NCBI RefSeq assembly: GCF_006345805.1
Contig: NC_043003.1
Coordinates: 43,710,001 to 43,774,000, forward strand
Origin: Octopus sinensis
Taxonomy: Eukaryota
Reading direction: 5' to 3'
Length of the DNA stretch: 64,000 nucleotides
Part shown: positions 39,775 to 56,364 of the stretch, in pieces
How the letters are laid out: every line of letters begins with the position of its first letter
Numbering within the stretch: position 1 is the first letter of the stretch
Program-made: the position numbers and the translations under genes
Notes under the pieces: generated by a model
Told to the model about the DNA's origin: nothing
Seen by the model: the letters and a program-made list of their open reading frames with translations, nothing else
Database searches by the model: none

Positions 39775-40000
39775 ATCTATCTATCTATCTATCTATTTAT
39801 CTATCTATCTACCTATTTATCTATCTATCTATCTATCTATCTACCTATCTATCTATTTATCTACCTACCTACCTACCTACCTACCTACTTGCCTACCTCT
39901 CTCTCTTCTCTCTCTCTCTCTGTGTCTAATTGCCTCTTTATTTGCCTGTCCATCTGTCCGTCTGTCAGTCTGCCTATCTATCTATCTATCTTTCTAACTG

Positions 40001-40043
<43 letters not shown>

Positions 40044-40056
40044 ATATCTATATCTA

Positions 40057-40120
<64 letters not shown>

Positions 40121-40544
40121 CATCCTAACCTATCTATCTATCTATCTATCTATCTAACTGTCTATCTGTCTGTCTGTCGGTTTGTCGGTTTGTTTATTTA
40201 TTTTCTATCTACCTGTCCATCCGTCCATCTGTCAGCCTGTCTGTCTATCTATATATCTAACACCATCTAGTGAACGATTTAAATATACACCCATGTAGAC
40301 CCCGTCATAATTAAAATATCTATAAAACATAACCCTAAGTAGATTCATTGTAGAATAAAACTAAATGGGTTTGTAAATTTTTACTAAGAGAATAAAAAGA
40401 TAAAAAGCAAAAGAAGAAAATAATGATTACTCTTCACCTGCAACTGTTGTCATTTTCTCTAAACTTACAAATTTGCCAACACCTTCAATCACGATCACAC
40501 ATATATGTTCATACACACACGCGCACACATACACACAGTTATTC

Positions 40545-40575
<31 letters not shown>

Positions 40576-40664
40576 TGTATGTATGTATGTATGTGTGTAT
40601 GTATGTATGTATGTATGTATGTATCTATGTATAGGTATATGTACAAACTCATACACAGACACAT

Positions 40665-40826
40665 AGGCGTGGCTGTGTGGTAAGAAGCTTGCTTCCTTAC
40701 CACATGGTTCATGGTTCAGTCCCTCTGCGTCGCAACTTGGGCAAGAGTCTTCTACTATCTATCGTCTTGGGCTGACCATAGCCCTGTGAGCGGATTAGGA
40801 AACTGAAAAGAAGCCAGTCGTCTGTG

Positions 40827-40830
<4 letters not shown>
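40665..40830 (+). mobile_element. SINE (ggcgtggctgtgtggtaag family)
   Basis: A box tggctgtgtgg, B box ggttcagtccc. Confidence 0.85.
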
Positions 40831-40857
<27 letters not shown>

Positions 40858-40891
40858 GTATATATCTATATATATATCTTATCTATATCTA

Positions 40892-40931
<40 letters not shown>

Positions 40932-40966
40932 ATATCTATCTATCTATCTATCTATCCATCCTAACA

Positions 40967-41003
<37 letters not shown>

Positions 41004-41534
41004 ACTGTCTATCTGTCTGTCTGTCGGTTTGTCGGTTTGTTTATTTATTTCTCTATCTACCTGTCCATCCGTCCATCTGTCAGCCTGTCTGTCTATCTAT
41101 ATATCTAACACCATCTAGTGAACGATTTAAATATACACCCATGTAGACCCCGTCATAATTAAAATATCTATAAAACATAACCCTAAGTAGATTCATTGTA
41201 GAATAAAACTAAATGGGTTTGTAAAATTTTACTAAGAGAATAAAAAGATAAAAAGCAAAAGAAGAAAAAAAATTGATACTCTTCACCTGAACTGTTGTCA
41301 TTTTCTCTAAACTTACAAATTGCCAACACCTTCAATCACGATCACCACATATATGTTCATACACACACGCGCACACATACACACAGTTATATAGTATGTA
41401 TTATGTATGTATGTATGTATGTATGTATGTATGTATGTATGTATGGTATGTATGTATGTAGTATATGTATGTATGTATGTATTGTATGTATCTATGTATA
41501 GGTATATGTACAAAACTCATTACACAGAACACAT

Positions 41535-41697
41535 AGGCGTGGCTGTGTGGTAAGAAGCTTGCTTCCTTACCACATGGTTCATGGTTCAGTCCCTCTGCGT
41601 CGCAACTTGGGCAAGAGTCTTCTACTATCTATCGTCTTGGCTGACCATAGCCCTGTGAGGATTAGGAAACTGAAAAGAAGCCAGTCGTCTGTGTGTA
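41535..41697 (+). mobile_element. SINE, duplicate of 40665-40830
   Basis: Nearly identical sequence. Confidence 0.85.
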
Positions 41698-42311
41698 TAT
41701 GTATATGTTAAGTATATGTATATATATATATATATATATATAGATATATATATATATATATACAATATATATACACACGCACATACACGCACACACCGAA
41801 CACAACCACACACACACACATATATATATATACACAAACACATGCACTCACATAAACACGTGCACTCGCGCACTCATGTATGCACACGCACGCATATTGA
41901 TGATGTTACCGTCTCTACTCCACGTATACAACATGCACATATTTTTAATACTAATACCAATAATATTACTAATGTATTACTAATGCAAGAACCCAGAAGT
42001 ATAATATCAAAAAAAAAAAAAGACGTTCAGACAAATTTACCAAAAAAAAAAAAAAAACAAAAAACAAAAAAACAAACCAACAACAGCGTTTCAACGAAAA
42101 CGACAATAACAATAAGCAACAGGCACGACAATATCCGTAAGGACAACAATAATAGCAACAGCAACAACAACGATAAATGCAACAAGGAAGGAGAAATGAT
42201 CGTCTGCCTATTAAATTAGTGACGGTGTGTGAGAAGGGCAAAAAAAAAATGAAAAAAATTCAGTGGTAAACATTTATAGCATTTAACTTTTCATTATACA
42301 TTTCAATATAT

Positions 42312-42456
42312 CATCACCATCACCACCACCACCACCACCATCATCATCACCACCACCACCACTATCATCCTCACCACCATCATCATCACCATCATTCATC
42401 ATCAGCATCATCACCATCATCACCATCATTCATCACCATCATCATCATCACCATCA

Positions 42457-42489
<33 letters not shown>

Positions 42490-42960
42490 GTCATCATCAT
42501 CATCGACATCATCAACACTACTATCATCATTACTACCACCACCACCGCCATCACCGTCATCGTCGCCGTCTTTCCCATTTCCTCTACGATCTCATCTCCA
42601 CAACCGTCATCACCGCCGTTACGGCAAACGTCAACGCCACGCCACCTGGATTTATTTTCCCCCTCACCCACGTTTCTTTTCTTCTACTTCTTTTTCTCCT
42701 TCCTCGCTCGCCCTCTATATTCTTTTCCTGCCTCCTTACTTCTGAATACCATCACCGGTGTCACTAAAATCATCTTTGTCATCATCATCATCATCATCAT
42801 CTTAACAGCATCAACGTCAGCCTCCTCATCGTCGTCATCTTCGTCGTCATCATCATCATCACCATCATTATCATCATCATTATCTTCCTCATGGCCACTA
42901 TCAACATTTTCATCGTCGTCGTTGTCGTCGCCGTCGTCGCGGTCGTCGTAGTCGTCACAG
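42312..42960. repeat. CAT/CAC/CGT low-complexity block
   Basis: Direct reading. Confidence 0.85.
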
Positions 42961-43630
42961 GCTAAAAAGTTATGTGAGTCACTTATATCGTTAATAAATA
43001 ACTATAACTTTACTCCTCGACCAACACTGCAGTAAAAAAATACTAACAAAATATAACAAAATAAAATATCGTTCAGCAACTAGGAATAATAACAACAAAC
43101 AACAACAACAGCAAGAACAACAACAAAACCATTAGCTACAGCACCACCGAAATATACTAGTCAAACAACCACAAAATCGCATTTACGCTATTGTAAGAAG
43201 AAAAGTGGACACATCAGAACATAAACATTATTGCATGTGTAGATAAATAAACAACGAAAGCAAAAATAGACGTGATGGTCGCGGCTGTAGTGTTTTTGAT
43301 GGTGTAGATCTACTCAATCAAAACTAGCCTGCTCTAAAAGAACAACTGTAACAATAAAAGCCGTATAACATAGATCAAGCAACAATTTATAAGGAAATTT
43401 TGAATAAGACAACAGTAAATCCGCTAACAAGTTGGCAGTTTAGAAATAGCAGTCAAATCCCAGTGAAAATCTTAGCCTACACTTTTTGATAAACGGGGCA
43501 ACTTAGAAGTCAAATAATGTAGTCCTGAATGTAAAGGCAGGATAGTCTGGGCTGGAGTGTCTTTGATGTAATGTAGCAGCCACTTCCTTCAGAAACAGAT
43601 AGGGTTGACCAACTAAATATGACGTAGTAA

Positions 43631-43633
43631 ATG

Positions 43634-43716
<83 letters not shown>

Positions 43717-43717
43717 A

Positions 43718-43762
<45 letters not shown>

Positions 43763-43864
43763 GTCTGCTGTCTATCTATCTATATATGCATACATATACA
43801 AACATACATACCAGTACATATATATTAAATATACATATATATACACGTATATATATTATAAATT

Positions 43865-43955
<91 letters not shown>
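43631..43955. repeat. (TATC)n and (TA)n microsatellites
   Basis: Direct reading. Confidence 0.9.
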
Positions 43956-43958
<3 letters not shown>

Positions 43959-44357
43959 ATATAACATCAGCAGGGTCCCCTACAGCAAATGCTTTAGTTA
44001 GTTATGTACCGTAAAAAAAATGATAATAAAAATGTAAAGGCCCAAACAAACAAATAAATAATAAATAAAGAGTACAAATAAAATGATGCACATAGACACC
44101 ACAGGAGAAAAGACAATAGAAACTTCTGCACCAGAAAACAAATAAGCATACGTACAAAAACAACAAACAAACCAACAATAATATCAAATCAACAATAACA
44201 ACTAGTAACACTGCAAACAATTGTAGTAACTTCCATATGTAACCGTTCAACGTTGACGTTCTTTGAAGTTTCTTTCGCTATTCATTTATTCAATATAGCG
44301 TTTATCGCATCATAGTATATACCTCCATATCTATCTATCTGTCTATCTATCTATCTG

Positions 44358-44428
<71 letters not shown>

Positions 44429-44475
44429 GTCTATCTTTCTATGTATGTATGTATGTATGTATGTATGTATGTATG

Positions 44476-44516
<41 letters not shown>

Positions 44517-44585
44517 GTCTATCTATCTGTCAGTCTGTCTGTCTATAGATTAATACTTTATATATATATATATATAATATATATA

Positions 44586-44927
44586 TAGTCATTTGACTGC
44601 GGCCATGGTGGAGCACCGGCTTTAATCTAAGAAATTGTCCCTAGGCCTTATACTTTGCAAGCCCAGTACTTATTCTGTCGGTCGCGTTTGCCAAACCGCT
44701 TAAGTTACAGGAGTGTAAACACACAAACATAGGTTGTCATGCGATGGAGGGTGACAATTGCAGACCCCACTCCCTACATATATATATATGATGGGCGTCT
44801 TTCAGTTTCCGTTTACCAAATCCACTTACAAGGCTTTGGTAGGCCTGAGGCTATAGTGGGATACACTTGCCCAAGATGCCACGCAGTGGGACTGAACCCG
44901 GAATAAAGCTTCTTACCACACAGTCAT
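44586..44927 (-). mobile_element. Composite SINE
   Basis: Head tgactgtgtggtaagaagc...ccgggttcagtcccactgcgtggcatcttgggcaagtg plus tail on the minus strand. Confidence 0.85.
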
Positions 44928-44953
44928 ATACAAACATATAAATACATAAATAT

Positions 44954-45055
<102 letters not shown>

Positions 45056-45310
45056 GTGTGAGTGTGTGTATGTGTGTTTGTTGTGTGTAGGTATATATGA
45101 ATATACATATATATATAGCAGTCAACCCTACTGCAGTGCATTAGTTAGTTATACACATACTTATTCAGTCACATCTTTATGCATCTTTGTATTTTTTCTG
45201 TCTCTATCATCTTCTGCCTGTCCGTCACTCTGTCTCTCTATCTGCCTGTCCGTCACTCTGTCTCTCTATCTAATCTATCCATTTGTAAATGTACATGTGT
45301 GTATTTTCTT

Positions 45311-45346
<36 letters not shown>

Positions 45347-46282
45347 TACGTACGCGTGCTCGGACACACGCACACAAACCCACATACAAACACTCAAACA
45401 CACAAATACACACACATGAGCACACAGCAACATACTATCACTCACTGACGCAGGCCTCTACGGACCTCCATGTGGTTGGTAGATATGCTGGAAACAGAAG
45501 CCATGTCTGTCTCAAATTATGTTCTGTCGTTTCGGGTAAGAAATGAGCACGTTAGTGAATGAAGTCCTTCATAAAAAACACAAGAAAAGCGACTGATTAC
45601 GATTGTGATTCCTTTAATCATATGCCTACTCAATTAGAGTTTACCTCTGGCTTAACAACAACAACAACATCAATAATAACAACTACTACTACAATAACAA
45701 CAACAACAGCATGTATCATACAATCACACTTCGAGGTAGCTACTTCTGCTGGCTAGAAAAAAGCAGGTATATATTTTTCAAATCGGGCCTTACTGTCTTA
45801 CAGAAGGCCATATTAGAAAAAAGTGCGTCTAAGTTCCCGATATAGAGCTAAAATGCTAGCGAAGGCGGTGGTCTCACTCGAATGGCATTGATGAGAGTTC
45901 TTTCTCAATACTGCTGACCTGCAACTAAACAACACTAAAACATACTTTCGCTGGTTTAAACTGATTTGTATACAAACTTCGTGTTTTTGCCTGTGTGTCT
46001 AATTGTCTTCATGCGTGTCCCATTTAACTCTTATTTATTTTTTGTCGTTATCTGTCCATCCTCGCATTATTTCGGTATGTGTCAGTTTTATTCCTCAAAC
46101 TTTGGTTCTCCTTCTCTCTCCCTCTCCCCCTCTTCAGCTCTCTCTTTCTCTTTATCTGTCACTTCTCTTTTTCGCTCTCTTTGTGTATGTATGTGTGTGT
46201 GTGTGTCACTTTCTCTTTCGACCTCCTTTTATTGCGTTTGACTTTTGCACATACACATCCTCACTCACTCTGTCTCACCCTA

Positions 46283-46328
<46 letters not shown>

Positions 46329-46752
46329 TCCACACACATTTGCCCAGAAACAGTTATACACATATACCATTGTACACACATTAATTCTTCAAAGTAAATG
46401 ACATGCGTACCTTTTCTCCCGCCCCTACTGTATCACCCTATCAAAGATTATCATTTTGTGCGACCCTCACACAAATCAGTACACACGCGCCCACACAAAC
46501 ACACACACACATAGAAACTCACACATACACACACGTTGCACGGTTATATATATAAATACATGAATACACGAACACGCATAAACAGACATTTACGCATGCA
46601 TATATAAACGCATAGACGTTATCACTGAAACATGTCCACACATGCATGTATGCGCATTCCGGTAGACTGGGATATAGTAAATCTTTCTGGCACTATCGTT
46701 CTCAAATGCGCAAGAAAAGCTTCCGTACACAAACTTACACTCACACACTCAT

Positions 46753-46795
<43 letters not shown>

Positions 46796-47275
46796 ACACA
46801 CACACACAGAAACAACACACATTCAAAGATACGTACATATGCACCCTCACATAATTATACACACACAGCCACAGATACACATATGTGCACCGTCTTACAT
46901 ATATACACATACAAACACGCTAATATATATATATATATATTTCTTTCCTGAGCGTCCAATAATACTATACTTGTTCCACGTCCTCGCGTTATTGTGTTTT
47001 CTCTTTGTGTTTTCATGTTTGGTTTAAAACTATATATATACTCATTCTTGCTTTCTTTCTCACCCATATTCTTATTAAAAATATATTTTACTTCACATGT
47101 TATCATGCAAAACACAAACACACATGTTCGGTTTGCACGGAGTTACATTTAACGATACGCATAAGCACATACATATCTATATACACAAAAGTTACCCAAA
47201 CTGATTGACACAAACGTATATTTGGGTGTGTGTGTGTGTGTGTGTTTGTGTGTATGTGTGTGTGTGTGTGTGTGT

Positions 47276-47510
47276 GGAGGCGCGTAGCTTAGCGGTTAGG
47301 CTGTTAGCATCATGATCGTAAGATTGTGGTTTCGATTCCTGGACCGAGCGACGCGTTGTGTTCTTGAGCAAACCACTTCATTTCACGTTGCTCCAGTCCA
47401 CTCACCTGGCAATAAGGAATAAAGCTGCGATGGACTGGCGTCCCGTCCAGCTTGGGAATACATACGCCGTAGAAACCGAGAAACCGGGCCCATGAGCCTG
47501 GCTAGGCTTT
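47276..47510 (+). mobile_element. tRNA-derived SINE with conserved central domain
   Basis: A box tagcttagcgg, B box gtttcgattcc, central gtgttcttgagcaaaccacttcatttcacgttgctccagtccactca. Confidence 0.85.
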
Positions 47511-47914
47511 TATTTATTTTATTATATATATATATATATATATATACAACGTTAAACTCTTCCACGTTCACATAGATATACATTATTTACATACTCTGTA
47601 TGTATATGTATGAACACTTCTAGGAAACAACTAAAGTTTATTTGAATATACCCCGTAGGAAACAAATTAAAATCTCGAGCATTTAAAGGCCTCTGAATGT
47701 ATTAGCTCAACTTTTTAGGAAAAGATCTTCAAATCGCAACCCATTTTCTTTCCCACAAATCGCAAACCATTTTTTGTTTTTACTATTGGAAGCATTCGAT
47801 AATGTAGTCCTGAATTTTCTGAACCGAGAAAAGTGCAGGCTTGTCACTGTTGGAATGCTTTTGACCATAGGTTTTTCGCGTGCAAATCTGGCCTGGGACT
47901 AAAGTGATGTTTCT

Positions 47915-48305
47915 GTGCGTATGTGTTGTTAAGAAAATCGCCTTGCAACTACGTCGCTTTCGTGTTCAGTCCTACTGCCCAGTACCTTCGAAAAGCAAGT
48001 GCCGTCTGGGACGGCCAATGCTTTGTGAGAGAATTTGTTAGATGGAAACTGTGTGGAAGCCCGTCATATGTGTGTCTGTCAACCGGATTGTGTGTGCTTG
48101 AGCATATTTGCGCTCGTGTTTGCCCAACCACACCAACTTGACAACCGGTGACCTTTTGATTACGTTCCGATCATTGAGATGCCGCTTTAATAACTATTAC
48201 ACTTCAAGGATAAGTACAAGTGTGTATTTGTTCATCTAAAACCCTTGTAAGCGTTGCTCCAGAATGGCCGTAGCCAAATAATTGAAACAAGTAAAAGATA
48301 AAAAA
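47915..48305 (+). mobile_element. Degenerate composite SINE
   Basis: gtgttgttaagaaaatcgcc...gttcagtcctactg...gatggaaactgtgtggaagcccgtc...ccagaatggccgtagccaaataattgaaacaagtaaaag. Confidence 0.65.
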
Positions 48306-48405
48306 ATCATACAAACACGAATACATACACGTATAATATCTACTTACACACGAACATACCCACATGTATACAAATGTACATGCATGCATATATGTATGTA
48401 TATGT

Positions 48406-48438
<33 letters not shown>

Positions 48439-50322
48439 CGTATATATACATATACATAAATACACATATATATATATCATAAAACATAGAGGCATATCTA
48501 TATGCATACGTATACACAAGGTCAATGACTTCCATGTAAGCATTCTTCTGATACACAACACTGGCATGCCAAGAAAAATTAATGAGTTTCCTTTACAATT
48601 ATGCAATACTATACTGTTATCAACAATTACATAAACGTTGCTACTACTACTACTACTACTTCTCCTAGTTGTGTTTAAATTATGTATAGCAAGTAGAAGG
48701 GTGTTGTGAAATTCTTCGACTCCGAACACTTGCCCAGTACTTAATGAAGCGGCCCTTAATGAAACGGCCCTTAATGAAGCGATGTTGACCTCGGCCGGAT
48801 TTGAAATCACGGTGTGAAAAGCCGGGGCGCTATACCGCAGTCTAATACGCTCAATCCTGCAACATATATCGTAATGTTTTCTGAGTGATTACTCTAAAGT
48901 ATGTGATGACGTGTGTTTTGACCTGTCATTTTTGTCTTTATTTTTGTTCTTGTTTATTTTTCTATAGCTGTTATAACGCACACTTCTGTTTGATGGATGC
49001 GGTTTACATTTGCAATACCTTCATTGATAAACCGCATCTCTCCACTTCCTAGCCACTATCAAGGCGTTTTACGATCACTCACTTTCTTTGTCGATGTATG
49101 TATGTATGTATGTATGTATATATGCATGCATACCTGTATGTATTTATGTATGCATGTATGCATGCATGGATGTATGCATACATGTATAAATGAATGTGTA
49201 ACTATAAGTATATGTAGTTAATGTATGTATGTGTGTGTATATGCTCATATATACGTATGCATGATTGTATGCGCGCACGAGAGAGTGTATATTTGTGTGT
49301 GTGGGAGCGTGTCTCATGGGTTTTTTTTCAAAAAAATATTTCTATTTTCTTTTACAATAAATTATTTCAGATTCTTGTTTCCCCCTTTCTCGCTTCCTAT
49401 ATTATATATATATATATTTATCTGTCTATCTACATGCCTATTTATTTCTTCTACGTATTTACGTATACATTGCAAACACACACATACACACAAAAAAATA
49501 CACGCGCACCACATAACAACCCACCCCACACTCATATGTATACATAAATATATGTGCGTTTCTGTGTTCATGCATGTATATAAATCTATATAATATATAT
49601 ATAATATATATTATATATATATATATATATACATATATATGTATATATATATATATTATATATATATATTATCTATATTATATATTATAGCATAATATAT
49701 ATATATATTATATATATATATCTATATATATATATATATATATATCATTATATATGTATGTATATATCTATATATAATATATCTATATAATATATATATA
49801 TATCTATATATATGCACTATATATATATATATATACTATATACAACATATATACATTGCATATATAAATATGTATATATATACATCTATATACATACACA
49901 TATACGCTTATATATACATATATACATTTATACATATATAGATGTATGTGTGTATGTGTTTGCGCGCGTGTGTCTGTATGTGTGTGTGTGTGTGGTGTGT
50001 GTGTGTGGGTGTGTGTGTGTGGGTGTGTGTGTGTGTATGTGTGTGTGTGTGATTTCTTCCTTGGTGCACTCTTTTATTCTTTACTTTACATACATCATTA
50101 TTTTCAAATCTGCATTCAAACGGTGTCTTTTATCTCCACCTTTTACACCATTTTTATCTCCTGAAAAGTATTTCGTTCATCCTGCTTACTATCTTTTACA
50201 TTTTCTTTTGAGGTTTTCTTTTATTTTCGTAATTCTTGTTTGTTATTTCCTTGATCTTATTTCTTCTTCTCTTCCTGGTTTTAACTTTTCCTATTTCGCG
50301 TTGTGTTTATTTGATCCCTATT

Positions 50323-50383
<61 letters not shown>

Positions 50384-50840
50384 ATTTTTAGAAGATTCTT
50401 TTCAATTTCTCCGTAATTCATTCACAAACTTCAGATCACTTCTATCTGGCTTCCCTTTCGTTTTACATTCTTTCATTTTCCTAAACTACAGTTTATCTCC
50501 TAACATACATGAATATATTTAAACACTGTGACATCGGAGTATATATGTGTGTATGTATGCGTGTGCATGCGTGCGCGTCGGTGAATATTTGTATGTGTGT
50601 GTGTGTTAAAGAAGACGAGAATGAATATTTAAACACGCATATACCTACATTTACGCCCACCTACATACGTACATGCCTCTGTGTGTGTGCGTGTGTGATT
50701 GTGCGTATGTGTGTGTGTGTGTGTGTGTGCGTGTGTTTGCGTGCATGTTTTATAATGTCTATACGTACATGTATGCGAGTGAGAGTGAGTTTCAGTACGT
50801 GTTGTTTATGTTTTGCTTAATTTGTTCAAGCGCTCACAAA

Positions 50841-52479
<1,639 letters not shown>

Positions 52480-52762
52480 TAAGTACAGGATTCCTTAACT
52501 ATCTCTTTTATTATTGATATTTATTTACTATTCCCATAAAGAACAGTTTTAACTAAAATCACAATATTTGATACGGTGATGTGCGAACGTATATATTGAG
52601 ATTGAATCATTTGTCACATGAGCAAGAATGTCGCATTGAATTGCTTCCGCATGTAATACACAAGCTGCCAACCTGCATATTATTCAAGAATGTATGTATA
52701 TCGATGCCTATGTGTGTATTTGCGTATTAATGGATGTATGTAACTGTACATGTTAGCACGTA

Positions 52763-52810
<48 letters not shown>

Positions 52811-53018
52811 ACGTATATACACACATATTTATGTGCATACGTACACATAAACAAACATACACACATATGTTTCTATGATATATCTTCAATTTTGGTATAT
52901 ATAAAAGCACATGGTTTTTGTGTTCTTTCCTTCAATCTAAAACTGTTCGCAGGCTCGAAAATAGTGAGATTTGAAAGCGAAATACGAGCGTTTTTCATAT
53001 AGTGACTTAATGCAAGCA

Positions 53019-53150
53019 AAGCAGTTAGCTGGTAGAAACTTTAGCACACCGGGCGAAATGCTTGGCAGTATTTCGTCTGTCTTTAAGTTCTGAGTTCAAA
53101 TTCCGCCGACGTTGACTTTGACTTTCATCCTCTCGGGGTCGATAAATTAA
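53019..53150 (+). mobile_element. Intronic SINE (ggcggcgagctggcagaa family)
   Basis: agcacaccgggcgaaatgcttgg...gagttcaaattccgccgacg...ggggtcgataaattaag. Confidence 0.85.
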
Positions 53151-53919
53151 GCTCTACTAAACTGGTAACCTCCCCAAGCTTAGAGTAGAAAATAATATTC
53201 TAAGGCAAGTCAAAATCTTTACACAGGTATGCGATAGTGACAAAAAAGGAATATGTCTAAATAATAAAGTTCCAAAATGGTGCAGTGATGATTACAGTAC
53301 AAATCCATTGTAATTCATTTAAATTTATCTCGTTTAGGGAAATTTCGAATCGTTTCTCCTTCGTACGACTATAGAGTCGAAAGTCTTTAACATTTAGGAC
53401 TTTGAAAATCGCGTTTCCGCTCAATTATTTAAAATTATTTGCGCTAAATGCTTTAAGTGGAATTATTTGAATGTGGTGGTAATCAGTCTGTTTTTACATC
53501 GTACCAAAGTATTTCATAGGCAGTATAGTAAATTGTATAATATACAGTTACATTTTTGTATATTTTTAAAAGTGGTACACGTAATCTTCGGAATCAAATT
53601 TAGTGCACTGTGCATAGTTAATTTTATTTTGTCATTGTCTCGGCGTTATCTAGGAATATTATGTGGTAGTTTTGTGTTGTTTCAGAAAGATTGTCTTCTG
53701 GATTACTGCATATATTTGAAAATGAAGAAATTTTCTATTAATAATTTGAGTATCACTTACAGATACTTACCACGAGCCTCTTATACAATATACGCTATGC
53801 TGTGATTCAGAAACTTTTATCATTATTCTAAAACTGTGTGTGTAGCTGTTGTAATATAAGATGTGATGGTGATGTTGCTTTTATTTTATAGTAGTTATTA
53901 TAATTGTTGAGGTGAAAAG

Positions 53920-54098
53920 TGGCGCGCTGGCAGAACCGTTATCACGCCTGGTTAAAATGCTTAACAGCCTTTCTTCCTGCTTTACGTTCAAATTCTGTTG
54001 AAGTCGACTTTGACTCTCAGAGTTAATAAAATAAATACCAGTCAACTATTGTGGACTTCCTCTCAAAACCTGCTGTCTCAGTTCTAGAATTTGAAACC
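53920..54098 (+). mobile_element. Intronic SINE, degenerate
   Basis: ggcgcgctggcagaaccgttatcacgcc...gttcaaattc...gtcgactttgac. Confidence 0.7.
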
Positions 54099-55600
54099 AT
54101 TATATTTGGGGAATATGCATAAATAGATATCTGAGAGATTTTCCAATCATGAGTTTTCAGTTTTTCAATCGATCAACAGAACTACCAAAATTATTGTATT
54201 AGCATATAAGTAGCTAAGTATAACTCAGATACACATACTCTTTTTATATAATTCTGGGTCAGGATTATAATAGCAAAATTTGACAGTGCTGAGCTGTTGG
54301 TTTATGGATGCTACCCCCACAATGGCCTTCCATGCAATTTCGGCGTTGCCTATTTCACTGATATAGAACAGGGTAACTAAGAAAACCGAAATGGCACTAT
54401 CCGCAGAGTCACGAAGTGTGATCATACTCAGGACATAGTGATTGCAAAGCTAATTTCGTAAATTTTCCCCTTATTGCAGTATCGTAGAATCATAGAACAA
54501 GTTAAAAAAACAAAATGCCTCGCGTTGTTAAGTATATTCTATATTTTTCTATATTTCACCATTGTATATTTTGCTTTGGCAAAGTTCCAAGCTCAATGTA
54601 TTTTGTATCATCTACATAATGGAGTGTTCGTTCTATTATAATCCTCCGAGAATTCAATACGATATTGGATTTAGTGCTATGTTTATATTAATAGATACTA
54701 CAGAGACATCCTCGTCATTATTTCTTTTTGAAATGCACAGACTGTAATTTTACATTGTTTTCCATTACTTAGCTCACCCTTATTGTCTTGTAACTTAACA
54801 ATGTTAATTTTTACCTTCCACTTCTTCAAGATCAATAAAATAATATAGTCTCAGATCAATCGCCTAAAAACTTCCATCTGAGTGAGTGACATGTGCCAAT
54901 ATTAGAAATCGATGGTCCTTTGTTGAAATGTATTATCGTTTATCAGAAATTTATAACGAGTTTTTGCTTCTGAAATCATGTTAAATAAACTTCGGGGTGG
55001 AGAAACGTTCTCGAAGACATCTAATTCCCTTAGTCAGGAATACTAGACTTTCGACTCATTCGAAATAATCTGAGCTGGAATGCACGCTAAAATACAGATA
55101 AAATTAATGCTAGTTGGAGGAAGAATAACAGAACATGTGGAGAGAGAGAAAAAAAAAGCGATAAGAATAGAGATATCCACTGTGAGGGAAAGAGTAAAAG
55201 GGAGATACATTGAAATGTAGCGAAAATATGAGAGAGAAATGTAGAGAGGATCAACATACGAAAGCTTTCAATGAGGTGTAAGAAGATGGGTAGTATTGTA
55301 AAAGAATCACAGTTTCAGCACAGTTATAGAGGCGGGGGAATGGGTCAAAACTACGTGCAAAATGGACGAACGGGAAAAGGATAGAGATTTTTGTACAAGC
55401 TTTCGCAACATTAAACACACACGAAAATAAATATATACGTACATAGATACAAACATTGCCCCCATATAATATGAGCATGCAAAGCACTGACATACACACA
55501 TTTACACATGTGCGCCATCACCCCCATACAAACACACAAACATATATATGTATATATTAATATGAGTATATAGATACGCTCACGCGTTTGTGTGCGTCTG

Positions 55601-55686
<86 letters not shown>

Positions 55687-55793
55687 TTATCTATCTATTT
55701 ATCTATCTCTCTGGCTATATATATATGTCTCTTATGTTCTCTCTCTTTGTCTCTCTCGCTCTCTCTTTCTCTTTCTATATACAGTTATATATA

Positions 55794-55850
<57 letters not shown>

Positions 55851-56309
55851 GCATACATATGTGTATGTATGTATGTATGTATGTATGTATGTATATACGA
55901 TGATGATGAATAGCAGGAAATTATACCCAATGCCACAAGAGTGGATCAATATTTCTTTAATTATAACCAGTTGTTCTATACCATAGGTTTGCACTGAATA
56001 ATGAATAAGTTCCCTATTTAATTGTCAATGGTAAACTTATCATTCATTTTCAAACTTCGATTGAATAACTGCGAATGCATTGTAACGAAACCGATGGTGT
56101 CAGAAAACGTATGTCTATTAAAAGTGCAATGGAAACTAGTTAAGAATCTTATGCTATATGTTACCAATAATACTAATTTCCCCTGGTACATCAAAGGATA
56201 GGATACAATTATACCAAGACTTCTCATGCCAAAATACGTACCTATTGATTTAGATAACTTCCTCTGTTAGAACACCGAAATTTGGCACAACAATCAATAA
56301 CATCCAGTG

Positions 56310-56364
<55 letters not shown>

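Larger units (their letters stand above)
40025..41710 (+). repeat. Tandem duplication, two ~840-870 bp units each containing (TATC)n, unique sequence, (TATG)n and a SINE
   Basis: catcctaac at 40121 and 40957; tctgtgtgta at 40821 and 41688. Confidence 0.93.

Noticed and set aside
47276-47345. tRNA-like sequence with A and B boxes (also at 20929-21123, 22855 and 40665)
   Set aside because: Each continues into a SINE body shared by other copies and lacks a clean acceptor stem and cloverleaf; these are SINE heads, not tRNA genes.
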